Virus record (IMG/VR): IMGVR_UViG_3300022217_000003
Coordinates: 64,001-128,000 of that record
Length of the DNA stretch: 64,000 nt
DNA from: a virus
Taxonomy: Duplodnaviria; Caudoviricetes
Reading direction: 5' to 3' (one strand)
Shown here: positions 47,832 through 58,312 of the stretch, in pieces
Layout of the letters: every line of letters starts with the position of its first letter
Position numbering within the stretch: position 1 is the stretch's first letter
Notes under the pieces: generated by a model
Told to the model about the DNA's origin: nothing
What the model saw: the letters and a program-made list of their open reading frames with translations, nothing else
Databases searched by the model: none
Program-made: the position numbers and the translations under genes

Positions 47832-48367
47832 ATGAGTGATTTCAAATCCTTTTCATAATGTATTTCTACCCCATATGATTTAATCATGCCAATATAGGTA
47901 GAAAGCTCATGTTTGTTGTATATAACACTTTCTCTTATTGCCAATATACCATTTTCTATATTACCCCTGCCGCAAGATCTAACTTCCTTTAATTCTGTAT
48001 TTTTGATTAACATACTGACACATTTATCAATGTCAATAGCTTGGTGCCCAATGCTATTTGCCAATATGCTAACTACAATATCATATCTATTTTCTATACA
48101 TTTATAAATATGTTTTAAAATACTAAATAAGGGTTCATCGTTGTGTATTGCATTAACCCCTCTATGTATTATATTAACTTCCCTTTTACGGCAATACTCT
48201 TTAATTATATCAGAGTCAGTTGCCACATAAACATCGTCAATAACGTTTGATTTCAGCAATGGACACACCGCATGCCAAAACATAGGTACGCCATTAACTA
48301 TATAAATATTTTTGTTATTGAATCGTTTTGATTCCTTTTTAGCTATTACTATTCCAACAATTTTCAT
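47828..48367 (-). CDS. Short cytidylyltransferase (NeuA/KdsB-like)
   Basis: VIAKKESKRFNNKNI..VNGVPM, VYVATDS, VEIH..DL. Confidence 0.75.
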   Translation of the reverse strand: MKIVGIVIAKKESKRFNNKNIYIVNGVPMFWHAVCPLLKSNVIDDVYVATDSDIIKEYCRKREVNIIHRGVNAIHNDEPLFSILKHIYKCIENRYDIVVSILANSIGHQAIDIDKCVSMLIKNTELKEVRSCGRGNIENGILAIRESVIYNKHELSTYIGMIKSYGVEIHYEKDLKSLI

Positions 48368-48948
48368 AAAAATTTATACCCAAAATATTCTATATCCCTT
48401 TCATGCAATCTGGCCACTATGTCTTTTGTATTTTTATTATAATATTTTCTATAGTCTTCATGTATGCTTTTATTAAAATGGGGGATACTTCCCTTAATAT
48501 GTAATTTTTTGAATACATACTCCATATCCTTTTCCAGTGTTTCATATTTCCCAACAAAATCCACAAGCGTTATAGTCACATTGGGTTTAAAAATATACTC
48601 ACCTAAACCATTGTCCCATTCCCATGTAGGCAATGAAATCCAATCCAATTGATTGCCCACTTGATTTATATGCCCATTTCTTAAATATTCTTCAAAAGAC
48701 ATATCTATTTGTTTCCCATCTTTGCGCTGTATCTGATAATGATATTCTGAAACCATTCTATCCCAGGGGTTTCTTACAAATGCAAAAGTAAAGTAATTCT
48801 TTATTTTATTTTCGCCCACCTTATTAATATAATCAAAAATATTTCTGTGGGGATTACCCTCATCATTTTCGCCTAACGCCTTTGTAATGCTGCTTCCTGC
48901 GGTCTTTGTAATGTGAACAAAGATACATTTCGTTTTTTCATGTATCAT
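48364..48948 (-). CDS. PAPS-dependent sulfotransferase (family 2)
   Basis: 5'-PSB FVHITKTAGSS, 3'-PB FVRNPWDRMVSEY, DFVGKYETL, DIEYFGY. Confidence 0.88.
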   Translation of the reverse strand: MIHEKTKCIFVHITKTAGSSITKALGENDEGNPHRNIFDYINKVGENKIKNYFTFAFVRNPWDRMVSEYHYQIQRKDGKQIDMSFEEYLRNGHINQVGNQLDWISLPTWEWDNGLGEYIFKPNVTITLVDFVGKYETLEKDMEYVFKKLHIKGSIPHFNKSIHEDYRKYYNKNTKDIVARLHERDIEYFGYKFL

Positions 48949-49706
48949 AACATATTTTCCAATGGGATGAATTCAGCTCCGGCTTCTACTAAAATACTAT
49001 CCTGCTCTGTAGATATTATTTGTATATTATTTTGTTTTAATTTATCAAAGCAATTTGTAAAAGCATCAAGATTGTCATTATATCCCGATATCTTTGTTGA
49101 TTTAGTAACATTATAATCTTTATTCATTTTTTCTAATATTATTGGAGCTTCGCCCATGCCGTGATCATATTCTTCTTTGTCTTTATATTTATATTTGGAT
49201 AATATATATTTAATATTGTATGTAAGCTCTTGTTTATAATTTATATTAATATCATAAAAATGAGTTATTCCTCTTTGGCTAAACCCAATATAAACTATCT
49301 TGCTTGCGCCCATATAATAAGCTAGCCCTGTCGCAGTCATCCCGATATTCATACAACCAAATATTTTATTGCTGCCCTTAGATAGATCATTAATATCGTA
49401 ACTGCACAAGATAGGAATGATCATATCTTCGTCTCCATTATCCATTATCCATTCAGAATGCTCTTCCTGTGTTCCCTTAGAGAAAAATTTAATTGTTTCA
49501 GGGGAGCAGAAATTAATAGAATACAAGGTGTGGAATATATGAGCCCCTATCCAATAGGTAGGGTTATAAACCATATGAGAATAATTACAGGCTATTGTTA
49601 TTTTGTTAACCATTTGTTCATTTGACAATTCTAACATTTCGGGGCTATCCCCAGTTATAAAAATGGTTTTTCCAATATGTTTATTATTAAAGTCTTTCAA
49701 CGTCAT
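48945..49706 (-). CDS. Second Maf/DUF115-like protein
   Basis: NKHIGKTIFITGDSP, TIACN, LAYYMGASKIVYIGF. Confidence 0.6.
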   Translation of the reverse strand: MTLKDFNNKHIGKTIFITGDSPEMLELSNEQMVNKITIACNYSHMVYNPTYWIGAHIFHTLYSINFCSPETIKFFSKGTQEEHSEWIMDNGDEDMIIPILCSYDINDLSKGSNKIFGCMNIGMTATGLAYYMGASKIVYIGFSQRGITHFYDININYKQELTYNIKYILSKYKYKDKEEYDHGMGEAPIILEKMNKDYNVTKSTKISGYNDNLDAFTNCFDKLKQNNIQIISTEQDSILVEAGAEFIPLENML

Positions 49707-51133
49707 TTTCTACGTCTCCAATTTTCCCATACAAACGAATAGTCATAGGTCAAATAGTGAGTTTCAGATAATTTATTTCTTAATTTTATTCTTTCATTTA
49801 TAGCATCGGGATAACATTTATGGAACTGAACCTGAATATCATTTATAAAATCAATAAATCCATTGGCTATGATATTATTTAAAATATTAAATTCCGCACC
49901 TTCTACATTCAATTTTAACAAATCTATCTTTGTGATATCATTATTCTTAACAAACTCCATGAATTCTACTAATTTAATAACCTCTGTTGGCTCATCACCC
50001 CCATGAACACTGGAACTATCTTCTTTTAAATATAGGGGTGATGTCATGGTTTTGTCATATAAGCCAATGTTGTATGTTTTTATTTTCCCCTTATACTTAT
50101 TATTAAAAGAAAACTCATATATCCTTGTTTTGAAATCGTATACAGATATTAACCCCAAATCAATTAGTGGCTCTTCCAAATATCCCTTTATATCCATAGG
50201 ATCATTGCGTATGAATCGCTCCAAACCTAAAAAATAAAATTCTTGGGAAGGCTCAAAAGAAAATATATTACATTTATACCTATTATATATATCTTCTGTC
50301 CATTTCCCAATATAGCTTCCGACATCAAAAACCACACTGTCTTTATTTAGGTTATAATTCAATCTTAATGTTTCTTCCCCATTGTTCAATCCCCAAAATC
50401 TAGAATCAAGGTGTTCTTGTGTTATATCCAACTTCCTCCATCCATCTTCCAATTCCGAAATAACTCCCATTGTTGATAAATCCCCATTGACTGCCAAATC
50501 ACAAAAACGAACATCCTTATTGTTTAATGCTAATACTTTTTCGGCAGTAGGCAATAACAACAATGATTCATCTATTACATCTTCTTTGCTATTAAAATCT
50601 ATAACCCCTAGGCCCAAATCTTCCACATATTTTATTTTCTTGAAAAATCCAATCCTGGTATTAAAATCTTGGCTCGCAAAATCAAGGCTTTTATATTTTT
50701 CATCATACCCCCCCAAGTCCAAAAAATCACTTCTTCTAATTATACCTATCTTGTGATTATCTCTGGGTATAACCCTTCTCGATCTAGATACCTCCAGATC
50801 CTGTTCTACATATTTTGTCATTTTCTCAATATAATCTTCAGTGTAAATTGTATTTATATCAGAAACAAAAAAATATTCTGAGGTTACAAAATTTCTAACC
50901 CCGCGATTTATTAACTTAGAGATATTATTTTTTTTCTGCATAGGGAAATAATGATAAAAAATATCTTCTAATCCCACTATATCATCCCTGATATCTTTTT
51001 TAGACGTATTGGCAACTATAATATTTACTGGCTTTGTTGACTTCTTTATACTTTCAATTGATTTATATAAGCATGTGGTTGCTTCCTTAACATGGTCGTC
51101 TCCATAATCAAATACATATAAAAAATCTAGCAC
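49703..51133 (-). CDS. GT-A-like domain fused to FkbM-family methyltransferase
   Basis: N-half paralogous to 51133-51882 (GGYDEKY); C-half VFDVGSYIG, FEP, IDLLKLNVEGAEF, IQVQFH. GTG start via TAGTG overlap. Confidence 0.8.
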   Translation of the reverse strand: MLDFLYVFDYGDDHVKEATTCLYKSIESIKKSTKPVNIIVANTSKKDIRDDIVGLEDIFYHYFPMQKKNNISKLINRGVRNFVTSEYFFVSDINTIYTEDYIEKMTKYVEQDLEVSRSRRVIPRDNHKIGIIRRSDFLDLGGYDEKYKSLDFASQDFNTRIGFFKKIKYVEDLGLGVIDFNSKEDVIDESLLLLPTAEKVLALNNKDVRFCDLAVNGDLSTMGVISELEDGWRKLDITQEHLDSRFWGLNNGEETLRLNYNLNKDSVVFDVGSYIGKWTEDIYNRYKCNIFSFEPSQEFYFLGLERFIRNDPMDIKGYLEEPLIDLGLISVYDFKTRIYEFSFNNKYKGKIKTYNIGLYDKTMTSPLYLKEDSSSVHGGDEPTEVIKLVEFMEFVKNNDITKIDLLKLNVEGAEFNILNNIIANGFIDFINDIQVQFHKCYPDAINERIKLRNKLSETHYLTYDYSFVWENWRRRK

Positions 51134-51882
51134 TATAATATTCCCCTTAATGTTCCCCAATGCTCATCATTATATTGCAAATCCTCTATTTTGGAATATG
51201 CTTTTAAATCAGCTTGAGTTTTGTGATAAATATCTGAATTTTTTTGTTCTTGTATTCTGTTAAAATGCTCATGCCAAAGGTGAGTGGTAACTATCGACCT
51301 ATCATATATTAATTTATTTACAAGACCTATGCGTTCGTTGTAATCTGCGTCTTCAGGACCATATCCCACAAATTCCTCATTATATCCCTGAACATCCATA
51401 AAAGATTTCAAAAAGAACAACCCATTCCCATGCGCAAACCCACCACCGTGCTTATCCAATTTCATTAATTCGTAAAAATTGGAAGAATAGCATTCCTGAT
51501 ATATATTATGATTATATGGGATCACTCTATATAATGAGCTATAGTCATAAACATATTTTTTCATCTGAACAACATAATCTTCCTGGTATACTATATCTAT
51601 ATCTGAAAAAATAAAATAAGGGGTTTTGACATAGTTCTTTACCGCAAAATTAATTAACTTTGACTTATTAAAATAACCAATAACGGGCTTGTGTATATAC
51701 TCCGATCCACTATTACTTGTAAGCCCATCATTTATTTTTGGTTTTATATCCTTGTCGGATGCATTAAATACAATAATACGCACCCCTTGATTTAAAATAC
51801 TTCCCATAGAACATCTTAATCTTTCTATTGCTTTATCTATATTTTCCTGAGTATATCTGAACACATATAAAAAATCTATCAT
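51133..51882 (-). CDS. Glycosyltransferase (GT2/GT7C-like)
   Basis: FNKSKLIN, FSDID, GYNEEFVGYGPED, HLWH. Confidence 0.82.
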   Translation of the reverse strand: MIDFLYVFRYTQENIDKAIERLRCSMGSILNQGVRIIVFNASDKDIKPKINDGLTSNSGSEYIHKPVIGYFNKSKLINFAVKNYVKTPYFIFSDIDIVYQEDYVVQMKKYVYDYSSLYRVIPYNHNIYQECYSSNFYELMKLDKHGGGFAHGNGLFFLKSFMDVQGYNEEFVGYGPEDADYNERIGLVNKLIYDRSIVTTHLWHEHFNRIQEQKNSDIYHKTQADLKAYSKIEDLQYNDEHWGTLRGIL

Positions 51883-53478
51883 TTAATACCAATCCTCTTT
51901 GGGAACTTGTAAGATTTCCTGATGAGTTGGATTTAATTCAACATCTTCTACATCTTCATTATAAAAGATTTTACAAAATACCGCATAATTACCAATAGCA
52001 AACCCCGCATACCCATCTTCCCTCTGTTCCGGTTGAGATCTCAATGTATTATAAAGATCTTGCCCAGATCCAACACCACAGAAGTGGGCTATCTTATTGC
52101 CAACTTCTATTGAATGATTTATTGAACCACATACATTATCTCTGTTGCCATTCTCAGCAACACCCCCGACATCATTATAATCCAGGTGAAAAACCTTCCC
52201 GCCATTCTTTATAATGGTATACATCGGGACATCAAAGAAATCCGTATTATATAATCCATCTGGGTTAAACGCACTGCAAAGAAATTTAGTTGTTGTGTCC
52301 CTATCATACTTAGGAAGCTTTTCTTTGTTAAATGAAATGAGGGTAGTGGGGCATACAGTCGGATGACCCGCATACCTTCTGCGTGGACCTATTAAATCAA
52401 ATCCTTCTTCCGCTTTCATAATCATCTCACTTATTATGTCGCCCCTAAAAACGACATCACTATCAAAATGTATTATATTTTGCGCTTCTGTTTCTGTTAT
52501 TATCTTTGCCCAAAGCAAAAACATCCCCCAATGAGCTGGGTCTTTGTAACCCTCCATGATATCAAATTCATTGCCGACATCTATTAAAATATTATTGTCA
52601 TTAGGTATAAGCATTTTAAAATCTTCTTGCGTCCCATAAACATGAACCTTGTGATTGTGATGCTTATGAAATGAATCTAAAGATATTCTCCCCGCCTTGC
52701 CCGCATTTACTATTTCCGTAAAAATCATGTGATCCATAAAAGATCTCCTTTCATATGATTCCTTATCGCATATATATTGATTTTCTCTTAATTCTTCTGG
52801 CTCATCGATCTTATATTCATTAATGGGATTTAAGTTATTATATACATACAATGGTTTATCGACATATTTAATTCTGTCTAATCCACATACTTCAATTGCA
52901 GGTCTCATTATAGGACTATCCCATGCCCGCTGAATATACTTACCATCCCACCTTCTTAAATCTTCGTCTTTTATGCATTTCCACACTTTATATCTCATGG
53001 TTTTTAGGTGAGAGAAATTGTTTTTGGGCTCCCTTACTTCCTCCAATGAAAATATTTCCTTACTACACCCAAGCGTTGTTTTATTATCCTTTATATCAGA
53101 ATCAGTTATATATTGCCCATAAGTCAAAAGAATATCTTTATTATTATAGATATCATTGAGATATTCCAATGCATCATCACAATACAACCAATCATCTCCA
53201 TCCACGAAACATAATATATCATTCCCATCATTGCATATATGCTTTATACCCATAATAACATTTGCAATTGCTTTCTGGTTTTTATAATTCTTTAGAGTAG
53301 CAAATCTTTTGTCGTCTCCAATTGTATCCCATGCAATATTAAATGTATTATCGGTAGATGCATCATCTATAATAACGCATTCCCAATTTGGATAATATTG
53401 TGATTTAATCGAATTAATGCACTTACCAATATACTTCTCAGCATTATAAACAGGTATTATGATTTTAAACTTATTCAC
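51883..53478 (-). CDS. Two-domain glycosyltransferase (GT2 + second GT-A domain)
   Basis: IIPVYNAEKYI, IDDASTD, VDGDDWL; second half IHFDSDVVF. Confidence 0.8.
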   Translation of the reverse strand: MNKFKIIIPVYNAEKYIGKCINSIKSQYYPNWECVIIDDASTDNTFNIAWDTIGDDKRFATLKNYKNQKAIANVIMGIKHICNDGNDILCFVDGDDWLYCDDALEYLNDIYNNKDILLTYGQYITDSDIKDNKTTLGCSKEIFSLEEVREPKNNFSHLKTMRYKVWKCIKDEDLRRWDGKYIQRAWDSPIMRPAIEVCGLDRIKYVDKPLYVYNNLNPINEYKIDEPEELRENQYICDKESYERRSFMDHMIFTEIVNAGKAGRISLDSFHKHHNHKVHVYGTQEDFKMLIPNDNNILIDVGNEFDIMEGYKDPAHWGMFLLWAKIITETEAQNIIHFDSDVVFRGDIISEMIMKAEEGFDLIGPRRRYAGHPTVCPTTLISFNKEKLPKYDRDTTTKFLCSAFNPDGLYNTDFFDVPMYTIIKNGGKVFHLDYNDVGGVAENGNRDNVCGSINHSIEVGNKIAHFCGVGSGQDLYNTLRSQPEQREDGYAGFAIGNYAVFCKIFYNEDVEDVELNPTHQEILQVPKEDWY

Positions 53479-54985
53479 AATTGCGCCTCCTTGGGCTTAA
53501 ATTATTATAAACTACCTTTAACTCTTCTAGCATAGCATCTCCTTCTTCTGTTGACTGTTCTGCAATTTTAATTTTTGGATAATATTCCTTGGGTAAACAT
53601 ACATATAAAACAAAAGTTCTTAAAAGGCCTTCTATTTCATTTTCAGGGAATTGTGGCATATGCAAAAAAGACTCACCCATAATACTGCTATTAATATCTT
53701 TTAAGCTCCCCTCTTTTAAATATCCTTTTTCTAAACAATATTCCCTTAAATATGTTCCTCTATATGGCTGAAAGGCAAAGCCGTTTACAGAATCAAACTT
53801 TAACTTTCTATTTAATTCTATAGTATCAAAAGCCAATTCCCTTGTCTCATCGGGGAATCCTATAATATTATTAATTCCTATTTTAACATCATATTTATTT
53901 AATATACCGAGACCTTTTACAATTTGATCATTGGTAATATGTTTTTTTAATACCGTTTTTCTAAATTCTTCATTGCCATGTTCTATGCTCACTGCAACTC
54001 TGTCACAATTCATCTTTACCAATATTTCCATTTTTTCATCTGTTATGGTATCTATTCTAGTTTGACACCAAAATGGAATTTTAAACTCAGAATACATTTC
54101 TTCAAATTTTTTTAATTTATCTAATGACCTGGACAAAAATGTTTCGGAATTAAAATATAAATAATCTACCCGAAACTTATCAACCTGGTATTTTAATTCT
54201 TTGTATATCCTATCAATAGATTTCTCCCTATAATACTTATATCCATTTTCATGATATAATTTTAAAAGGAAGGGAGCTCCACAAAAAGTGCACGGATAAG
54301 GACATCCTCTGTCAAAATTAATAGGCAACATTTTGAGCATCTTCCCACGCATAGGGGAATATAACCGCTGCTCTTCAAATACTGAAAAATCCTCAAATGG
54401 CAAATCATTTAAATCCACAGGTGCTTTTAGTTTATTTTTATAAACCTTTCCAAGCGAACGATCTTTAACCCATAAATTTTCTAAGTTTTTATAGTCTGTC
54501 CCATTTTTTAAATGATCACACAGATCTACTAAGGTTTGCTCTCCCTCACCAATACAAATAATATCAATATTGAAATGCTCTATCAATTCTTCTGGACTAA
54601 ATATCGCATACTTGCCCCCGAATACAATAGGTATATTCATGCATCCTATTGTATTAATTAATTTAAATGCTAATTCAATAGTGCTATCAACAACTGAAAC
54701 ACCTATTAAATCAGGCTTATAATTTTTGACTATATTAAAAAAATCATCAAATACATTATTTTTATTAATCTTCAAACCTTCTGATAAATCCATTTTTTTA
54801 ACTTGTATGCGTTTTTCCCTGAGATCACCAAGGTTCTTGTCAGATGTCTTATATAAAGTTGTATCAAATAATTTAACATCGTATCCTTTTTCTTTTAAGC
54901 AAGCTGCCAATAACGGTATATTGCTCGGTAGTTGCATTTGATACATTAGATTGGGAAATACTAATAAAACCTTGAACTTGCTCAT
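53471..54985 (-). CDS. Cobalamin-dependent radical SAM enzyme
   Basis: PDLIGVS, VFGG, IGEGE, DRGCPYPCTFC, IIGFPDET, PYRGT. Confidence 0.88.
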   Translation of the reverse strand: MSKFKVLLVFPNLMYQMQLPSNIPLLAACLKEKGYDVKLFDTTLYKTSDKNLGDLREKRIQVKKMDLSEGLKINKNNVFDDFFNIVKNYKPDLIGVSVVDSTIELAFKLINTIGCMNIPIVFGGKYAIFSPEELIEHFNIDIICIGEGEQTLVDLCDHLKNGTDYKNLENLWVKDRSLGKVYKNKLKAPVDLNDLPFEDFSVFEEQRLYSPMRGKMLKMLPINFDRGCPYPCTFCGAPFLLKLYHENGYKYYREKSIDRIYKELKYQVDKFRVDYLYFNSETFLSRSLDKLKKFEEMYSEFKIPFWCQTRIDTITDEKMEILVKMNCDRVAVSIEHGNEEFRKTVLKKHITNDQIVKGLGILNKYDVKIGINNIIGFPDETRELAFDTIELNRKLKFDSVNGFAFQPYRGTYLREYCLEKGYLKEGSLKDINSSIMGESFLHMPQFPENEIEGLLRTFVLYVCLPKEYYPKIKIAEQSTEEGDAMLEELKVVYNNLSPRRRNCE

Positions 54986-55800
54986 CTTTTTATAAACCTA
55001 TATGGCAAAACCCCCTGTATCATATTTGTATTATATCCGATTAACGGATCAAGGTCTATTATGTTGCCATCCAAAAACTTATCATTCAAACTTCGTACAC
55101 TGTGTTCTGTATCGATCTGTTCGGGCTCTGCGCTTTTAACATAGTTATTTGCAATACAAAAAACCCGTGGGGTTAAAAATGAATACAAAAGGGGCTTATT
55201 GTAATTCCTATTTTCATTCATCCTGCCTTCTAATTCATTCGGGAACCCAAAATTAATAGAATTTATTAACGCCTTAAACTCGTCGGTTCTATAAATATGA
55301 CCATTAATACAATGCGGATATCCCCACTCCCCATTAGGATTAGATTTAGTCCAGTCCCATACTAAAAAAACCGCATCGTTAATAAACTCAGGCAAATCTA
55401 TATCAAATTGTGCCGAATAACAATATGTGACACCCTTATGTAATTTTAACGATATAGCCACAGCCCTGGAATCATTTTTGAATGCATCTGTTATCTGCCT
55501 TATATCGGGCTCATCTATTGGATTAAATATAATTTCATCATCGACAAAGCAAAGAGAAAGCTCTTTATCAAATTTATTAATAATTATATCCTTGGTATCT
55601 TTTTGGAAATCGTTTTCCTTATGCCATTCTATTCTACCGTGACTCGATTTAACTATATCATACCCTTGTCTATATATATCATTGGTATAATTATATAAAA
55701 CATGTATCGTTCCTATGGACTTAAACCTGCTTCTTATACTCCTAATACACAGGTCTAACTGGCAAGCCCGATCAAGGCTGAAAATTAATACATTAATCAC
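54982..55800 (-). CDS. Putative glycosyltransferase (GT-A-like)
   Basis: FSLDRACQL...S, FVDDE, WGYP...GHIYR, PNELEG. Confidence 0.55.
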   Translation of the reverse strand: MINVLIFSLDRACQLDLCIRSIRSRFKSIGTIHVLYNYTNDIYRQGYDIVKSSHGRIEWHKENDFQKDTKDIIINKFDKELSLCFVDDEIIFNPIDEPDIRQITDAFKNDSRAVAISLKLHKGVTYCYSAQFDIDLPEFINDAVFLVWDWTKSNPNGEWGYPHCINGHIYRTDEFKALINSINFGFPNELEGRMNENRNYNKPLLYSFLTPRVFCIANNYVKSAEPEQIDTEHSVRSLNDKFLDGNIIDLDPLIGYNTNMIQGVLPYRFIKR

Positions 55801-56630
55801 TTCCTCAAACCTCTCAATTGTTTTTTTAGATTAGAAATATTACCCAAACCAGATTTCCTATCCCACTCATAGGCCTTTTCTGTAATATCTACATACTCCT
55901 GCTTTGACATATTTAACATCCTATCAACCAATTGTATATCACTAACAAATTCCCCATAGTCTATGTATAAATCTTTAGGAACAATATCCCCTATGTTATA
56001 TGCTCCATAATAAACAGCTACTGTCTTTGCCTTCATAGTATCTCTAATTTTTTCAGTTACCCAATCCCAACTATATAAAGGATGATAACAATTCTCAAAA
56101 GCAAGGTTAAACTTATATTCATTTATTTTTTTTAATTTAGGAAAACTGCTTGGGAAGGTTTCCTGTGTTCCTACTTCGCCTATAGGGCCTCTATATAAAT
56201 TCCCATATGGTTTTATTCCATAACAATCTGTTTCTAATCCGCCAATCATATTTATGGTTTCCATAATTTGAAGTCTTGTGTGTGCTATATCTCCAGATAT
56301 GCCGCTATGTTCTCTGTGCCTACATGCCAGCATAATGCCATTTATTTTTTCTTCAAATGGCTTAAATGAGTCTAATTTATAATTATTATTAAATAAGGGG
56401 AATCCGTTAATTAATACGATATTAAATTTGTCTTTATACATATCGTATAATTTTGAATTCCATGTTATAATACCTTTATAATGTTTCCAATATTCCAGAT
56501 TGTAGTATTGGGGAAAGACGGTATACCCATCAATTAAAAATAGATACTTATTGGGATCGACTATGCCATCACAATCAAATGAAATAATATCCTTAAACTC
56601 ATTTTTCAGCTTTACATATTCGTCACTCAA
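55797..56630 (-). CDS. GT10 (alpha-1,3/4-fucosyltransferase-like)
   Basis: YKFNLAFEN...DWVTEKI.D...TVAVYYGA, the GT10 donor-binding motif. Confidence 0.8.
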   Translation of the reverse strand: MSDEYVKLKNEFKDIISFDCDGIVDPNKYLFLIDGYTVFPQYYNLEYWKHYKGIITWNSKLYDMYKDKFNIVLINGFPLFNNNYKLDSFKPFEEKINGIMLACRHREHSGISGDIAHTRLQIMETINMIGGLETDCYGIKPYGNLYRGPIGEVGTQETFPSSFPKLKKINEYKFNLAFENCYHPLYSWDWVTEKIRDTMKAKTVAVYYGAYNIGDIVPKDLYIDYGEFVSDIQLVDRMLNMSKQEYVDITEKAYEWDRKSGLGNISNLKKQLRGLRK

Positions 56631-57216
56631 TTACGAATCCCCATTTCCTTCTAAATAATTCTTTATTACGTTTCCCAAATTCGGGCTCTCTTTTCATTTC
56701 GTTCTTGTGCTTTAATCTAACTAAATTAGTCAGATATACTCTGCCTGCAGGATTAGCTTGTTTTAATTTCATAGTAAATTCAATATCCTCCATGCCCCAT
56801 CCATGATATTCTTCATTAAATATTAAATCATTTTTTCTATACGCCATGCAGGCCCCTGGAACATACTCCACGGGAACATAGTCATCTACTACATTACTTG
56901 ATTTGCTAACCGTATTTTGTATAGAGCCATCTATATTTAATAGCCTTGCTCCCATCATTAATACGGAGGGATCGCGCAATCTGCGAATCATTGTTTCATC
57001 CCAGCTTTCTGGAAAACCATAAAGGTCATCGTCAATGAAAATTACAAAATCTCCTTTACATTGTCGCAGGCAATCATTTCTATTTTTTGCCACACCTCCA
57101 CTGGGGTTAGATACTAAAATAAATTCATAATCCCCTCTTGCATTACTTAGAGCTTCATCTATTCTGTCTTGGACTTCCGTATCCGGTTTAATGGTAATCA
57201 TACATATAGATATCAT
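56623..57216 (-). CDS. Glycosyltransferase family 2
   Basis: AKNRN, IFIDDD, GACM, FNEEYHGWGMED. Confidence 0.82.
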   Translation of the reverse strand: MISICMITIKPDTEVQDRIDEALSNARGDYEFILVSNPSGGVAKNRNDCLRQCKGDFVIFIDDDLYGFPESWDETMIRRLRDPSVLMMGARLLNIDGSIQNTVSKSSNVVDDYVPVEYVPGACMAYRKNDLIFNEEYHGWGMEDIEFTMKLKQANPAGRVYLTNLVRLKHKNEMKREPEFGKRNKELFRRKWGFVIE

Positions 57217-58311
57217 TTAAAGAGTTCCTTCCATACAAATTTCCTTTACTAAATTAATAGCCCCCAATACAGCCTCATCCATATCCATATATTTATACGA
57301 CCCAAGCCTTCCCCCAAAGTATATTATATTTTTATATCGCTTGGCATAATTTAAATATAATTTATATAGGTCATTGTTTTTTTTATCATTAATTGGGTAG
57401 AATGGATCTCCTTTGTCTTGGGGGTATTCTTTTGTTATAATCGTGTGATCAACATCTATAGGCTCAAAATGTTTATGTTCAAGTATTCTTGTATAAGAAA
57501 CATTTTCATCTGTATAATTTATAACCGCATTGCCCTGAAAATCTTTAATATTAATTTTTTCTTCTTCAAACGACAATGATCTATATTCCAGTTTACCAAA
57601 TTTATAATTAAAGAATTCATCTATTGGTCCTGTAAATATAACATTATTATATAAATATCTTTCGTCTTTAACCTCATCCCACGATGTTTTTAATTTTATA
57701 TCAGACCCCCAAAGCAAGTTATGAAACAAGGTTGTATAACCGCCAAGTGGTATTCCCTGAAACTTTCCCCGCAAATAAGTATCATCAAAATTCAATCTAA
57801 TAGGAACCCTCTTAATAATATCTATTGGTAAATCCCTGGGTTCTCTACCCCATTGTTTTTTAGTATACCCATAAAAAAATATTTTATATATTTGCTCTCC
57901 CACCTGAGATAAGATCCACTCTTCTAAGTTATTGGGATTTTGGATATCACATTTTGTGATTTCCAATTTTTCCCTTGCTTCCTCTGGTGTGGTAACTCCC
58001 CACAATTGATATAGGGTCATAAGATTAATTGGGAATGAATATATTTTATTCTTATAACAAGCCTTGACCCTGTTTAAAAATAAGTTTAAACCACTATACT
58101 TATTTATATAATCCCAGATCCGCTTATTGTCTGTGTGAAAAATGTGTCCTCCGTATTTATGAATAGCAATGCCATCTACTTCCTCTGTATAACAGTTTCC
58201 GCCAACGTGATCTCTTTTATCTATTACAAGGCATTTATATCCCCTATCATATAACTCCCTCGCACATACACTCCCGAAAATTCCTGCTCCAACAATTAAA
58301 AAATCATACAT
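57217..58311 (-). CDS. glf: UDP-galactopyranose mutase
   Basis: MYDFLIVGAG, HVGGNCY, HKYGGHIFHT, YTKKQWG, LEYRSL, TRILEHKHF, GRLGSYKYMDMD. Confidence 0.95.
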   Translation of the reverse strand: MYDFLIVGAGIFGSVCARELYDRGYKCLVIDKRDHVGGNCYTEEVDGIAIHKYGGHIFHTDNKRIWDYINKYSGLNLFLNRVKACYKNKIYSFPINLMTLYQLWGVTTPEEAREKLEITKCDIQNPNNLEEWILSQVGEQIYKIFFYGYTKKQWGREPRDLPIDIIKRVPIRLNFDDTYLRGKFQGIPLGGYTTLFHNLLWGSDIKLKTSWDEVKDERYLYNNVIFTGPIDEFFNYKFGKLEYRSLSFEEEKINIKDFQGNAVINYTDENVSYTRILEHKHFEPIDVDHTIITKEYPQDKGDPFYPINDKKNNDLYKLYLNYAKRYKNIIYFGGRLGSYKYMDMDEAVLGAINLVKEICMEGTL

Positions 58312-58312
58312 T

